DNA of 64,000 nucleotides, from the NCBI GenBank assembly GCA_951406725.2, contig OX597839.1, positions 16,740,001 through 16,804,000 of the forward strand. The letters are read 5' to 3'. Position 1 is the stretch's first letter; every line of letters starts with the position of its first letter. Positions 63,105 through 64,000 of this stretch are shown in pieces. The translations under genes and the position numbers were made by a program. The notes beneath the pieces are model-generated. The model was not told the origin of the DNA. It searched no databases and worked only from the letters and a program-made list of their open reading frames with translations. The stretch comes from Octopus vulgaris (taxonomy: Eukaryota).

Positions 63105-64000
63105 TTAGAATATTCGTAACTAGATAGATAGATAGATATAACTTGATTTTTACTAGTATAGCACTGCTTTAAGTAGATAACTAAGAGTTCTCACACTACA
63201 GTTATCTTTTTCCTTATATCTGCACCAGATTTTTGAGAACAGGGAAATAAATAGTACTTGTACGCTGCTTAAATGAAGCTTTATCTAATTTCAAATTCAT
63301 AATTTTAAATCTTAATTTTAAATCTTAATTTTAATTTTGAATTTTTAATTCTTAACTTAATCTAATTTAAGTAACATAACTTTAATAAAATAAAATAAGT
63401 TACTAAAGCCTCATAATTCTATTTCAAAATTAAATAAATAAGGCTACTCCCTCAATGATAGTATGAATATCTTCATTATGATAGACAATTCCCTAACACC
63501 TTGTAAATGATCTTCTAAGATTTGACCTGTAGTCAGTCAATGTATAAATAATAACGGCAACTCCTTAAGACAGTAAAACGAATAAATTAGATAAATAAAT
63601 TTTAATGACTTTTTGATAAGATTATACTTAGATTTTCCTAATGTATTTTCTTTTGATTTTAGCCTTCGACCCCTATACCCCTGATCTTGTTATCTCTTTA
63701 GATTCTCTTTAAATTCATAGCTGCTTTCAACAGCGTCACATTAGCAATAAATTAGATGTTTTACTGGTCAAGGAATAATATTCTCCTCTAGTTCCTAGAT
63801 GCCTGCAAATTAAAACCAGACTTGCCGTCTACTAATTCTTCTGTATAACTAGAACCCTCTTTTTCTTTTTCTCTTCTCCCTTCTTTCCCTCTTTCTTTTC
63901 TTTCTCTTTTCTCTTTTTTCTTTTTCTTCTTCTTATTCTCTTTTCTCTCTTTTTTCTTTTTTCTTTTTCCTTTTCTCTTTTCTATTAGTCTCCCCCCCCC

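Larger units (their letters stand above)
62170..64000 (+). mobile_element. Penelope-like retroelement with inverted pseudo-LTR (runs off window end)
   Basis: 62521-62664 is the reverse complement of 63850-64000; GIY-YIG ORF between; hammerhead in the inverted arm. Confidence 0.82.

Overview
AT-rich eukaryotic genomic DNA saturated with microsatellites and transposons. The SINE/LINE repertoire suggests an octopus or other coleoid cephalopod (inference). Two spliced host genes can be built by hand. (1) A complete 3-exon cytochrome c oxidase subunit 6A gene on + (2916-2994, 15839-15984, 18322-18402; 101 aa; 12.8-kb intron 1). (2) A convergent - strand gene (exons 43220-43101, 40852-39835, 38988-38866, 37566-37382; 481 open codons, N-terminus unresolved) encoding a long coiled coil followed by a C-terminal death-domain-like fold. 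Almost everything else is mobile DNA. This includes about 20 copies of one tRNA-derived SINE, two other SINE families, RTE LINEs with a PHD finger inside the RT, CR1/L2-like LINEs, an R4-type endonuclease fragment, mariner, DD37D (maT) and pogo transposase remnants, Helitron/piggyBac/hAT non-autonomous elements, and Penelope-like remnants with a GIY-YIG ORF and several minimal hammerhead ribozymes. Most ORFs in the supplied track are microsatellite or SINE read-through. No CRISPR array, rRNA or true tRNA gene is supported.
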